From contig CAZEQZ010000002.1 of the NCBI GenBank assembly GCA_964514595.1, forward strand, positions 29,812 through 93,811: a DNA stretch of 64,000 bases, in the 5' to 3' direction. The notes beneath the pieces were generated by a model that was not told where the DNA came from, searched no databases, and saw only the letters and a program-made list of their open reading frames with translations. The translations under genes were made by a program, and so were the position numbers. This DNA comes from an uncultured Candidatus Saccharibacteria bacterium. Its GTDB lineage: Bacteria; Patescibacteriota; Dojkabacteria; SC72. Of this stretch, positions 1 through 9,531 are shown piece by piece (positions within the stretch are counted from its first letter, which is position 1; each line of letters begins with the position of its first letter).

Positions 1-290
1 TTTTCAACTACCTATACAAAAAAATAAACAGAGATATAGGGAATTGTAAAGTCATCTCCCTACCCTGTTGTATACACCTATATGGGAAATATGATTTCCT
101 AGCTATCCTTCCACATAGAGATAGTTTAGAAATTAGATTTGCTTATAAGGGTAAGATCAAGAGCCCAAGAATAGTTCAATCTGTTAATCTAAGCAGCAAA
201 TTAGTTAAAACCTGTATGGATATCTATAAAAAGGAAGACATAGACAATGAATTAATACAATGGTTGAGAGAATCGTACTCCCTTAAATAA
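1..290 (+). CDS. 3' end of an ORF running off the left edge of the window, hypothetical protein, stop TAA at 288–290
   Basis: Frame 3 is open from the window start to TAA at 288–290. The translation is ...KVISLPCCIHLYGKYDFLAILPHRDSLEIRFAYKGKIKSPRIVQSV...WLRESYSLK. No family was recognised. Confidence 0.3.
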   Translation, partial: FNYLYKKINRDIGNCKVISLPCCIHLYGKYDFLAILPHRDSLEIRFAYKGKIKSPRIVQSVNLSSKLVKTCMDIYKKEDIDNELIQWLRESYSLK

Positions 291-331
291 TTGTATTTGA
301 CACTACATAGACTTAGTAGTACTATTCAGAC

Positions 332-637
332 ATGACAAAAAACCCATTATACAACGCACTATCTGCATTCACATACATAGTACTAGTAGTACTACTTATG
401 AACTTTGCAAGCAAGGTTGAGGACCCATCAGGATCTATAATAGCTCCTGTTATGATGATATCCCTATTTACCCTCTCAGCAGCTGTAATGGCGTATATAT
501 TTCTATACCGACCAATTATGTTGTATTTAGATGATGAGAAAAAGGATGGAGTTAAACTATTCATACAAACAGTAGCTATATTTGCTTCCCTAACTCTTAT
601 ACCCTTCCTATTATATCTAACCGGGATCTTCTCCTAA
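332..637 (+). CDS. small hydrophobic membrane protein (hypothetical)
   Basis: 101-aa ORF with 2–3 predicted TM helices. No recognisable motif. Confidence 0.4.
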   Translation: MTKNPLYNALSAFTYIVLVVLLMNFASKVEDPSGSIIAPVMMISLFTLSAAVMAYIFLYRPIMLYLDDEKKDGVKLFIQTVAIFASLTLIPFLLYLTGIFS

Positions 638-865
638 CTACCTCCTCCTTTGATCCAGTTTAAGGAATACTGCTAATGCCACTATAAATGAAACAAGGTT
701 TAATACAGCTAATATGGTCATGTTACCCATAAAAGCATCTATACTCAAAAGTACTGCACCCAACGAATATACAAGTACAAAATTCTTCTGTATATCCCTA
801 CTATCATTTAGCAACTGTATACCCCACCCTACAACTATTAGTACTAGACCTAGATATGTAATCAT
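638..865 (-). CDS. small hydrophobic membrane protein (hypothetical)
   Basis: 75-aa ORF, convergent with and abutting the previous ORF. Two predicted TM helices. Confidence 0.35.
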   Translation of the reverse strand: MITYLGLVLIVVGWGIQLLNDSRDIQKNFVLVYSLGAVLLSIDAFMGNMTILAVLNLVSFIVALAVFLKLDQRRR

Positions 866-1222
866 ATTATTTTAATAATAAGTTAATTACTTAGTATCTA
901 TTATTCCCAATCTCTTTGCAATAAATTATAACTCTGCTATAATCTTTCCCATTATGGAATTTATAAACCATTTATATACAACTTGGACCCTAATCGTTAA
1001 GCCATCTATGTGTGGTCATATTAACTATGCACCACTAAATATTGGAGGTTCCACTATTATCTAATCCATAATAAATTTGTTAGTGAAGAGCCTCCAAATA
1101 TGGAGGTTTTTTTATTCCCCGTTGTAAAGACTAAAGTATTTGGAAGTTCTACACCCTCAAACAATAATTTGGGAGGGTGGCTCATTAATAATCAAATACT
1201 AACAAATAAAAAGGAGAATAAA

Positions 1223-2413
1223 ATGAAAGCAGAAAACAAATTTAGGTGGCCAAAAGAGATATACATCTTTTGGTTAGTCGAGTTCATACTCGGCATAGAG
1301 TTAATTGGTCCTGTATTACTAATCTTTTTTAAAGATTGGGGAGGACTTAATCAAACTCAAACCCAAGTACTTCAAAGTTGGTTCACTCTATGGATCTTCA
1401 TCCTAGAGATTCCAACAGGTGTATTTGGAGATGTTAAGGGAAAGAAATACTCTGTGATACTAGGATACATACTAATGAGTATAGGGACTATGGTCTACTC
1501 TATAATCCCTAACCTATACCTCTTCTTTCTAGCAGAATTTCTTTTTGCCTTAGGCATAGCATTCATATCAGGAGCTAAAGAAGCCTGGATGTATGATATT
1601 GCTAAAGAGTTGAAGGTGGAGGAGAGATTTAGAGATATCTGCGTTACTGGCTCAAATCTACACATGCTAGGGATGATAGTTGCCTCCGTTATATTCATTC
1701 CCGTAAGCAACATACTCCCTGTACATCACATCTTTAGAGTTGGGATCATAAGCAGAGTGATATCACTACTCCTTCTTGGTCTATTTGTGAGAAATACAGA
1801 TGGGAAGAAGGAAAGATCTCTGAAGCCTGAATATATAGAAACTGCTAAAAAGGGGTTATCTTTAATAAAGAATAATCTCAATTTAAGAAAAATAACCATA
1901 TACCTAAGCATATTAACATCCACCAGCTACTTCGTAATATGGCTCTATCAAGAAGCACTCAAAGTACTAGATGTTGGCAACGAACTCTTCGGAATATATA
2001 GAGTTGTACTTCTAGTAGCAGAGATAGTAGCTATTCGCGTAGTGGCTATGTTTATAAAGAAATATGGTCTTCGAAGAATGTCCCCTATAATGGCAGTAGT
2101 TGTAGCAGTGGGTTTCCTAATTGCAGGTTTCCTACAAAGCATATTAGGAATACTTATTCTCTTAATCTTTGCAGGAGGATTAGGTTTGCAAATATACAAC
2201 CTACTCTCCAAAGAGATTAATGAGGAAATAGATAGTGAGCAAAGAGCAACAGCTTTATCGTTTGTGAGTATGGTTAAGCGTCTAATGTTGACACTTTTCA
2301 ATCCAGCTATTGGTTATCTAGTAGATAGTAAAGGTGTCTTTATAGCGTTTACAATACTCGGGGTTATGTCTTTGCTAGCAGGCTTTTTTAAGCCAAAATA
2401 TAAATTAAAATAG
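1223..2413 (+). CDS. MFS-type transporter
   Basis: About 12 hydrophobic segments. The loop sequence GVFGDVKGKKYSV after TM2 resembles the MFS G-x3-D-R/K-x-G-R/K motif. The start was moved to the internal ATG at 1223, which sits behind AAAAGGAGAATAAA, rather than the upstream ATG at 1100. Confidence 0.7.
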   Translation: MKAENKFRWPKEIYIFWLVEFILGIELIGPVLLIFFKDWGGLNQTQTQVLQSWFTLWIFILEIPTGVFGDVKGKKYSVILGYILMSIGTMVYSIIPNLYLFFLAEFLFALGIAFISGAKEAWMYDIAKELKVEERFRDICVTGSNLHMLGMIVASVIFIPVSNILPVHHIFRVGIISRVISLLLLGLFVRNTDGKKERSLKPEYIETAKKGLSLIKNNLNLRKITIYLSILTSTSYFVIWLYQEALKVLDVGNELFGIYRVVLLVAEIVAIRVVAMFIKKYGLRRMSPIMAVVVAVGFLIAGFLQSILGILILLIFAGGLGLQIYNLLSKEINEEIDSEQRATALSFVSMVKRLMLTLFNPAIGYLVDSKGVFIAFTILGVMSLLAGFFKPKYKLK

Positions 2414-2430
2414 TATTTGATTAATGAGCA

Positions 2431-2484
2431 AAAGGGTGTCCGAACATATATCTTTTAAGATATACTATTAAGACACCCTTTAAT
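2431..2484 (+). terminator. intrinsic terminator after the MFS gene
   Basis: Compound hairpin AAAGGGTGTC ... GACACCCTTT with an internal ATATCTT/AAGATAT stem, followed by an A/T-rich tract. Confidence 0.5.
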
Positions 2485-2558
2485 TAATTTCTCTACATCC
2501 TTGCGGAACCTATTTCTAAGGTGTACTATTTCTCTATATTCACTTTATCTTTCAAAAA

Positions 2559-3008
2559 ATGGTAACTCAAGAATTATTAGAGTATATATCTGGGCAAATA
2601 AAACAAGAAAAAGATCCCAACGAAATAAGGAGTGTACTAAGGGGGCAGGGTTGGACAGAAGATGATTTGGATAGTGCATTCAACCAAGTTACTCAAAAAA
2701 ATGATGTATTTGAGAAGGTAATAGAAACGGAGGAAAAGAAAAACAAATTTAATCAATTCAATTTTAAAGAGTATAAATGGTATGAGTGGCTAGCTCTTTT
2801 ACCTGCACTAATACTACTTTACAGTGGCGGAGGATTGGGTGCATTAATTGGCTTCCTGAGTTGGAATAGAACATTATCAACTATCCGACATCCTCTTTAC
2901 TCAGTTGCAAAGAAAATATTTCTCACTATATTGATAAATATTTTACTTATTATCCTATACATAGCTCTTGCAATATTGATAAGCTACTTAATAGAGAAGT
3001 ATTTATAA
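2559..3008 (+). CDS. hypothetical protein with a C-terminal transmembrane region
   Basis: 149-aa ORF with a hydrophilic N-terminal domain and 2–3 C-terminal TM helices. Confidence 0.4.
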   Translation: MVTQELLEYISGQIKQEKDPNEIRSVLRGQGWTEDDLDSAFNQVTQKNDVFEKVIETEEKKNKFNQFNFKEYKWYEWLALLPALILLYSGGGLGALIGFLSWNRTLSTIRHPLYSVAKKIFLTILINILLIILYIALAILISYLIEKYL

Positions 3009-3073
3009 TCATCCATTTCTGATAGATTGATTGTAATATACTTAAATAAGCATATTTGCTATCATAATTATTA

Positions 3074-5158
3074 ATGAAAAGAAATCTTAAGGAAAGCAAA
3101 TTAAGATACATGCAACTCTTTGCATCATCCCTACTACTTTCAATATTGACAATAGGAATATATGTATACAACATATCTTTAACTAAGATTCTAAATGAAG
3201 CTCCGTACGATATTGTTGTTGCTAACATATCCACTCTGGATGCACAAATATACTGGAAAGCTGATCCAGACATAATACATACTATTTACTACAAAGAAGC
3301 CTCCGATACCGGACTTTTTAAAGAGATAGAGGGAATGAAATCATATGTTGATGTAATAAAAAATGAAAGAATTAATGTCGTCTCTTTACAAGAGCTAAGA
3401 CCAGATACAAAATATCTCTTCAGAATTGAGTCCGAAAACAATCTCTGGAATAATAATTCCTCATTTAAAACAAAGGATATTGCGCAGGAGGTATATATAC
3501 CTGAAGTAGTTTCAGGATCCACAACCGATATGACTTTTGTTTTAATCGATATCGAAGGAGAAAAATACATGGTTAATACCCAGTATCATGGTACTTGGGC
3601 AATTGATTCTCAATATAAAGAGTATACTGTAACTGAATACGCAAACTATATTCCGAAGGAAGAGCTTCAAACTAGACTTTGGGATCTATTTGGTTCCCCA
3701 GTATATGCTCAATCAGGAGCAAATTGTAAAATGAATATCAAAATTAACAATTATCCCCATCCTCCTTCTAAAGCCAAAACTGTGGACATACTTAATAGGT
3801 GGGTAGCTAGTTGTAAATTAGGAGGATATCCAGATGAATGCTACGGGGATGTATACTGCAGAGCGTTAAAAGCAGGTGTAGATCCTGCCTTTGCAATGAC
3901 AATATGGTCCAATGAGTCCGGAGGGAGTAACTATGCATACTCTTCTAAGGTAGAAGATTTCGGTATTCATGGACTCTCATCCGTACCTGTCGCGAACTTT
4001 GACAAACAGATTAATCACTTCTTAAACAATATTGCTGCCAGAGGATCCGGATATATATCAGGATGTAGTGGAGGAAGTAATATAGATATGTGGGGCGCAA
4101 AATTTTTAACCGGGAATTGTAATAATATTGATAGTGGGAAGAAATATATGACTGGGATATCGGAAGTATATAGTTGGTATACTAACACCTCTCTTTCTTG
4201 GCCATTCACCGTACCCTCTGTTAGCTCTGCATGTGATTACTCCTCTGCGTATACAAATACAACATACAACACATGCGGTGCTAAAGGAACCCCTACAACT
4301 CCACCCCCTACAACTCCAACAAATGTCCCTCCTGGGGGCGATGGTATTAAAGATTTAATGGTGGTAACTGGATCTGGAATAACTCCAAAGGATAGAGATT
4401 GCAAAGATCCTGATGGTTGTATCTGTCTATACGGATACACCAATAGTAATCCAACAGACACTTTAACAATCAAATATGGATACACATGCACAGTAGATAA
4501 GAAAGTTATACTCACTCCTTCCTCCGCTACAAAGGTATGCTGTTTAAGTGACAATTCGGTTTCCTTTGTGGATGAGGATAAATGCTCCGGGAGGAAAATA
4601 GCAAATGTTAAGGAAACAGATTGTAAGGAGCAGGTTGATAGAATTAATATTGTTAAGGGAGTTAACTTTGTACAAATCCCAGCAATAATAAATATAGAGG
4701 AAATTCCAATAGATACTGCCAGATCCTTGGTTTCATACGCTAATAACTCAATACTAGCAGTTGGATTATTTAGAAATGATAGATGGGAGAAGATAGTCAA
4801 GAGTGAGAATGGAGTTCTTAACGGTCAAGACTTTAATTTAGAACCAGGAGATGTGTATATGGTCATATCTACAGAGGATATAGAAATACCATTAAGAATT
4901 GTAAAGATGGAGAAAAGTTTAGATACATCAAAACTTCTAGGATGGAACTTAGTTCCCACCTCTCTTTTTGCAAGCGTGGCTAGTAATTCAAAATCTTTGC
5001 TTCAAAATACCCAGTACTCATATATCAGACAGGTCGCATTATGGAATAATAGTAGCAGTATATTTGAATATACACTACGAGATACCTCCGGAGAAATATA
5101 TGGAGAATCCTTACAAATACAAGATCAGAAGGGCTTCTTCATAAAAATACCACAATAA
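3074..5158 (+). CDS. secreted multidomain protein: signal anchor, FN3-like domain, lysozyme-like/GH73-like domain, Pro/Thr linker, Cys-rich region and C-terminal beta domain
   Basis: N-terminal TM/signal segment. FN3-like segment (DIVVANISTLDAQIYWKA...YLFRIESEN). MTIWSNESGGSNYAY resembles the E-S-G-G catalytic region of GH73/lysozyme-like peptidoglycan hydrolases and also matches ORF 8221. The linker is TPTTPPPTTPTNVPPGG. Many Cys residues follow. Confidence 0.55.
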   Translation: MKRNLKESKLRYMQLFASSLLLSILTIGIYVYNISLTKILNEAPYDIVVANISTLDAQIYWKADPDIIHTIYYKEASDTGLFKEIEGMKSYVDVIKNERINVVSLQELRPDTKYLFRIESENNLWNNNSSFKTKDIAQEVYIPEVVSGSTTDMTFVLIDIEGEKYMVNTQYHGTWAIDSQYKEYTVTEYANYIPKEELQTRLWDLFGSPVYAQSGANCKMNIKINNYPHPPSKAKTVDILNRWVASCKLGGYPDECYGDVYCRALKAGVDPAFAMTIWSNESGGSNYAYSSKVEDFGIHGLSSVPVANFDKQINHFLNNIAARGSGYISGCSGGSNIDMWGAKFLTGNCNNIDSGKKYMTGISEVYSWYTNTSLSWPFTVPSVSSACDYSSAYTNTTYNTCGAKGTPTTPPPTTPTNVPPGGDGIKDLMVVTGSGITPKDRDCKDPDGCICLYGYTNSNPTDTLTIKYGYTCTVDKKVILTPSSATKVCCLSDNSVSFVDEDKCSGRKIANVKETDCKEQVDRINIVKGVNFVQIPAIINIEEIPIDTARSLVSYANNSILAVGLFRNDRWEKIVKSENGVLNGQDFNLEPGDVYMVISTEDIEIPLRIVKMEKSLDTSKLLGWNLVPTSLFASVASNSKSLLQNTQYSYIRQVALWNNSSSIFEYTLRDTSGEIYGESLQIQDQKGFFIKIPQ

Positions 5159-5235
5159 TCTTCTCTATATACCCTTGACAAACATTAGCACTCGGTGCTA
5201 CCATTTGCTATATTTAAATTATTAAAAGGATATAT

Positions 5236-5685
5236 ATGAAAATTATAAAAAGAGAAGATAATAAAAGGTCATATCCATCTACATATGTACCTTTTAGATC
5301 AATTTTTGATGATTTCTTCACCCCTACAGTATGGGATGACTTCTTTACAACCCCCTCAGTATCCAACCTATCCGCAGATATATGGGAGGAGAAAGAGGAT
5401 ATATTCGTTAAGATGGCTTTGCCCGGAATAAAAAAGGAGGATATTAAGATAACCATTAACGAGGATAATATATCCATATCAGGACAGAGTAAGAAAGAGG
5501 AAGAAGAGAAAGAGAAGGATAGAAAATACTACTTTAGAAGTATGGAAAGTTCTTTTGAACAATCCTTCAATCTTCCTACAAAGGTAAATCCAGATTCTAC
5601 TGAAGCAGAATTTAAAGACGGAGTATTAACCGTAAGACTACCTAAAGCTGATGAAGTTAAACCTAGGGAGGTAGAAATAAAGTAG
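5236..5685 (+). CDS. Hsp20/alpha-crystallin family small heat-shock protein
   Basis: Alpha-crystallin domain signature: DIWEEKEDIFVKMALPGIKKEDIKITINEDNISISGQ ... EFKDGVLTVRLPK. A Shine-Dalgarno-like AAAAGGA precedes the ATG. Confidence 0.85.
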   Translation: MKIIKREDNKRSYPSTYVPFRSIFDDFFTPTVWDDFFTTPSVSNLSADIWEEKEDIFVKMALPGIKKEDIKITINEDNISISGQSKKEEEEKEKDRKYYFRSMESSFEQSFNLPTKVNPDSTEAEFKDGVLTVRLPKADEVKPREVEIK

Positions 5686-5707
5686 TTAGATCAACCCATA
5701 GCTGTAT

Positions 5708-5745
5708 GAAAGGGGCTTGAGATAATAGCCCCTTTCTGTATAATA
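5708..5745 (+). terminator. intrinsic terminator after hsp20
   Basis: GAAAGGGGCT-tgagataat-AGCCCCTTTC hairpin followed by a T-rich tract. Confidence 0.6.
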
Positions 5746-5752
5746 GGGTATT

Positions 5753-6442
5753 TTGGAGACAGATCTAAGAGAACAACCAATAGAAGTACCAATAGCTAAT
5801 GTAGCTATTGATATAAACAATTACCGTATCAAAAGCTCCACAAATCAGGAATATAGGGAACAAAAGATGTGGGAGAATGCCAGATTACTACTCCTCGCAA
5901 ATAACAAAGAATTTGATTTTAGAGGATTTACAGGACCATTAGGTGAATCGCTTTTTAAAATCGCCTTGAAAGCCAATGATTACCCAGAAAATGAAATAGA
6001 GATCTCCACAGGAGATCAAGACCTATATGAACACATCGACTTTTTCATATCCTCCTACCCTATTGAAGTAACTAGTAATTTAGATTTCCATACTGCTAAG
6101 AAGAATACAGGAGAAGAAATATCCTTATTCCTACCAAAAATTGCTGGTCAACACAGTATAATAAATCGAAGTCCAGAAAATTATCACTACATAGGAAAAA
6201 CTATTAGAAATAACATATTCGAACCATCAAAGTTCTTGGAAGATATAATTAAAATTAATAGAGAGGTTCTAGAACTTTATAAACTATCTCAATATACAGG
6301 AGAAAGAGTATTTAAAAGAGATTCCATATTTAAGAAACACTTTAAAGTAGGAGATATTTCTGAAGAAAAAATCGAAGAGATAGAAGAATTCCTTAATATG
6401 CTGGAAGAAAAAACATTATTAGTCCCTAGCGCCCTTCAATAA
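5753..6442 (+). CDS. hypothetical protein
   Basis: 229-aa ORF. The ORF-track start at 5753 is a TTG. An internal ATG at 5867 (MWENARL...) is an alternative start. No family recognised. Confidence 0.35.
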   Translation: METDLREQPIEVPIANVAIDINNYRIKSSTNQEYREQKMWENARLLLLANNKEFDFRGFTGPLGESLFKIALKANDYPENEIEISTGDQDLYEHIDFFISSYPIEVTSNLDFHTAKKNTGEEISLFLPKIAGQHSIINRSPENYHYIGKTIRNNIFEPSKFLEDIIKINREVLELYKLSQYTGERVFKRDSIFKKHFKVGDISEEKIEEIEEFLNMLEEKTLLVPSALQ

Positions 6443-8110
6443 TTCCATTAATAACTCTCCCTGCTGCTGAGTAGCTAATCTGGGTATTAAATCCCTATCG
6501 GTATATATTGGCACAACTCTACTCTGAATATGTTTTCCATTATAGAAATAGTGTGAAAGTACAAGTCCTTGCCTTGTACCTATCCACATACTCTGATCAA
6601 AAAACAGATTACCCAATCCATAAAAAATAACACCATCACCGTATACCTCATATGTTTGAGGTTGATGTGCCTGAGTACCAACAACTATATCCGCCCCCAA
6701 ATCAACAGCCTTTCTAAACACTTCTTTCTGATCTGGATTACTAAGAGGTTTATAACAAATTGGATATATTACATCAGAAGCAGGATAACTGTAGCACTCT
6801 TGGAACTGAAATGTCACTATTACAACATCTGCCTCCTTCTTTGCCTTCTCAATATCACTCTTCATCTTACTCTCGGACCAAAAATTAGCACCAGACCTAC
6901 TCTCTCCTGCTAAAGCTAAACTTCTGTACACAGAATCATAGTAATTATAACCAAGGAAAGCTATGGTATTTCCCTTAACCTCTTCATACAGTATTTTACT
7001 TGCATCTTCATCATTTAAACCTCCACCAAAATATCTCATCCCTAAACTCGTGTACAACTCTATACTCTCTTTACTATACTGTGCTCCAAAATCATTGTTG
7101 TGATTTCCGGTTAATTCCACAATATCTACACCTGATTCTTTCAAAGCTTCAATATACTCTGGTCTAGAACAGAAACTCATTCCAGAGTATGACCTACAAC
7201 CAGGAACAAATGAAACTTCATTAGAAATATGTGTTAGATCTGCATTTGCAAGAAATTCCCCTATCTCCCTAGCAGGATATGCATTATCTCCAGAGTTATC
7301 AATCTTAATCGCTAATCCCCTAGACATTGCTACAACTCCTCCCATATTTATCTTAACCAATCTTTCTCTATTCCAATATCCATTATCTACATCTATATTC
7401 TTTGAAAGAACATTTAATATGAACTCATCTACACTCTTTTTTAACGTAGCATACAACCTTATGGAAATAGCTCCTTTTGAATCATCTAAATAGTATTTGT
7501 CATTAACCTCAAGGATCTTAACTTGATAGTCCAAATCCTTAAAATCTACTAACCCTATATTACTATCACTCTCCTTAAGCTTATTTACTAAATCCGGATA
7601 TGAATTCAATACCGAAGCATTAATACCGTATTCATCCTTCATGTACTCCCTATATACGGAATTAATAACAAAAACTGAATAACTACCCATTTCATCCTCA
7701 GTAACACTATCTAATAAAGAATACATATGCCCTACAGGAATTAGCTCTTTCCCAGACACCTCCCTTGCATCATCATTCTTTGTTCTAGAGAGCTCAATAT
7801 CAGCTCCCCCATCCTTTATTCTGAACCTCTTCTTCCCATTCAATTCCATTCCTTCCAAACTCTCTTGTATTGATTCCCTATACTCTTGAGAAATTGTATC
7901 ATCCAAAGAAACAGTATATGTATCATACCTAACGATGTTTTTTCTACTAAAAAGATACCCTATTGCTGATGTGAAATAGGTTCCTTCTGTTATCCATAGT
8001 ACGACAGGAAGAAGTATTAAAAAGAGTATAAAGGATAGTGGGAAAAGTGATTTCTTTTTAATATTTCTCTGCCTCCTAGTTGGTTGCGATATGTATATAT
8101 TCTGCCTCAT
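6419..8110 (-). CDS. capA: CapA/PgsA-family metallophosphatase-like protein (poly-gamma-glutamate capsule biosynthesis family), membrane-anchored
   Basis: N-terminal TM. PGA_cap-type motifs: LANADLTHISNEVSF, VDIVELTGNHNNDFG, VGTQAHQPQTYE and GLGNLFFDQ. Confidence 0.8.
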   Translation of the reverse strand: MRQNIYISQPTRRQRNIKKKSLFPLSFILFLILLPVVLWITEGTYFTSAIGYLFSRKNIVRYDTYTVSLDDTISQEYRESIQESLEGMELNGKKRFRIKDGGADIELSRTKNDDAREVSGKELIPVGHMYSLLDSVTEDEMGSYSVFVINSVYREYMKDEYGINASVLNSYPDLVNKLKESDSNIGLVDFKDLDYQVKILEVNDKYYLDDSKGAISIRLYATLKKSVDEFILNVLSKNIDVDNGYWNRERLVKINMGGVVAMSRGLAIKIDNSGDNAYPAREIGEFLANADLTHISNEVSFVPGCRSYSGMSFCSRPEYIEALKESGVDIVELTGNHNNDFGAQYSKESIELYTSLGMRYFGGGLNDEDASKILYEEVKGNTIAFLGYNYYDSVYRSLALAGESRSGANFWSESKMKSDIEKAKKEADVVIVTFQFQECYSYPASDVIYPICYKPLSNPDQKEVFRKAVDLGADIVVGTQAHQPQTYEVYGDGVIFYGLGNLFFDQSMWIGTRQGLVLSHYFYNGKHIQSRVVPIYTDRDLIPRLATQQQGELLMELLKGARD

Positions 8111-8220
8111 TTCTTAACCATATTAACATAATTTACGACCTTTACAAACTAGATACTATGGGCTATCCGTGGTATAATATAACTTGCTTTAAATAATAGC
8201 TAATATATAATAATAGAAAG

Positions 8221-8811
8221 ATGAAAAACCTGCTCGTGAAAGGAAATAAAGCACTTGCAATAATTACGGGAACCATTTTCTTTGGTATGTTGTTAAACAA
8301 CATCTCCATTAGTACACCTGTTAATTATGTAGAGGCAAATCAAATAGAGGAAATAGGTATGCTCTCTAGTGCTACTAGTATTGAAATGGAAGAAAAATTA
8401 TCCGCCCAGGAGATAGCTGTGTATCATGTCCCAACATATGTACCTGATCCTGTTCAGGTCGAACAGATTAGGAGATATCTTTCCAACAGAAATGCTCCTT
8501 TAGCTGATTATGCACAAGAATTTGTTATGGCAGCCGATCATTATGGAATTGACTACAGAATTGTTGCAGCTATATCTGTTATGGAGTCTAATGGTGGAAG
8601 AAAAACCTTTAGACCATACAATGCATGGGGTTGGGGTAAAATGACCTTTGAGAGCTGGGAACAGGGTATATGGACAGTATCAAAGGGTATTGCAGGATAC
8701 TACTCAAGAGGACTTACCACACCTAAGTTAATGGCACCATACTACTGTCCTCCTAATGCTGAAAGTTGGGGTAACAAAGTTTCATTCGTTATGTATGAAA
8801 TGACTTTGTAG
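8221..8811 (+). CDS. secreted lysozyme-like (GH73/FlgJ-like glucosaminidase-type) peptidoglycan hydrolase domain protein
   Basis: Signal/TM segment. AAISVMESNGGRKTFRPYNAWGWGK matches the GH73 pattern A-x-ESGWG ... N-x-FGIK and the domain in ORF 3074. Confidence 0.45.
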   Translation: MKNLLVKGNKALAIITGTIFFGMLLNNISISTPVNYVEANQIEEIGMLSSATSIEMEEKLSAQEIAVYHVPTYVPDPVQVEQIRRYLSNRNAPLADYAQEFVMAADHYGIDYRIVAAISVMESNGGRKTFRPYNAWGWGKMTFESWEQGIWTVSKGIAGYYSRGLTTPKLMAPYYCPPNAESWGNKVSFVMYEMTL

Positions 8812-8823
8812 TAGTCCATTTAT

Positions 8824-9531
8824 ATGTATCCCAAAACAGCAAAAATCTCAAATTACTCACTTACTTATTTCAACAAGAAAGAACTATCTATCCTTAAGGA
8901 AGAGATCTTTTCAAAGGAGATATATTCCATTGACCTAGACTCTCCCACACCTGTTATTTTTGACATAGGAGCATACATAGGACTATCTACAGTATATTTT
9001 AAACATAAATATCCCCATTCCAAGATATTTTGTTTTGAACCAAACCCAAATGTATTCCCGTTATTAGAAGAAAATATCTACGGGAATCAACTAACAGATA
9101 TTACGCTACACAATATCGCCTTGGGAAAATCAGAAGGTATAAGAGATTTCTATATAGACAGCTCAGGAGAAGGAGCATTTTCAACATCCAGTTTTATAAA
9201 AAATGCTTGGAATGGAAAGCAAAAAACCTCACGTATAGCTGTACCTGTTAAAAAATTAAGCTCTTTTATTTCAGAAAATATCGATTTGGTTAAGATAGAT
9301 GTCGAAGGGTGTGAGTTAGAGATACTGAATGATTTAGAAGAAAGCAACAAGATTGATAGTATAAAAAACATCATTTTAGAATATCACCCAATTTCCAAAA
9401 GAAATATAGAAAATGTTATTAAAATTCTAGAAAGGAATAATTTTGAGCTTTCATATTATCTAGAAGGTGAGAAAGTACAATCTCCTACGGAAGAGCTACT
9501 CCTTATAGTAGCCAAGAAAAGAGGTAAGTAA
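8824..9531 (+). CDS. FkbM-family methyltransferase
   Basis: FDIGAYIGLSTVYF, FCFEPNPNVFPLLEEN and ALGKSEGIRDFY, typical of Methyltransf_21/FkbM. Confidence 0.7.
   Translation: MYPKTAKISNYSLTYFNKKELSILKEEIFSKEIYSIDLDSPTPVIFDIGAYIGLSTVYFKHKYPHSKIFCFEPNPNVFPLLEENIYGNQLTDITLHNIALGKSEGIRDFYIDSSGEGAFSTSSFIKNAWNGKQKTSRIAVPVKKLSSFISENIDLVKIDVEGCELEILNDLEESNKIDSIKNIILEYHPISKRNIENVIKILERNNFELSYYLEGEKVQSPTEELLLIVAKKRGK

Noticed and set aside
322-564. 80-aa minus-strand ORF
   Set aside because: It is antisense to, and almost fully overlapped by, the 332–637 membrane-protein ORF and has no start context. It is spurious.
1100-1222. Upstream 41 codons of the MFS ORF (MEVFLFPVVKTKV...)
   Set aside because: There is no RBS, whereas the internal ATG at 1223 has a strong AAGGAG Shine-Dalgarno. 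The extension is probably read-through of the open frame.
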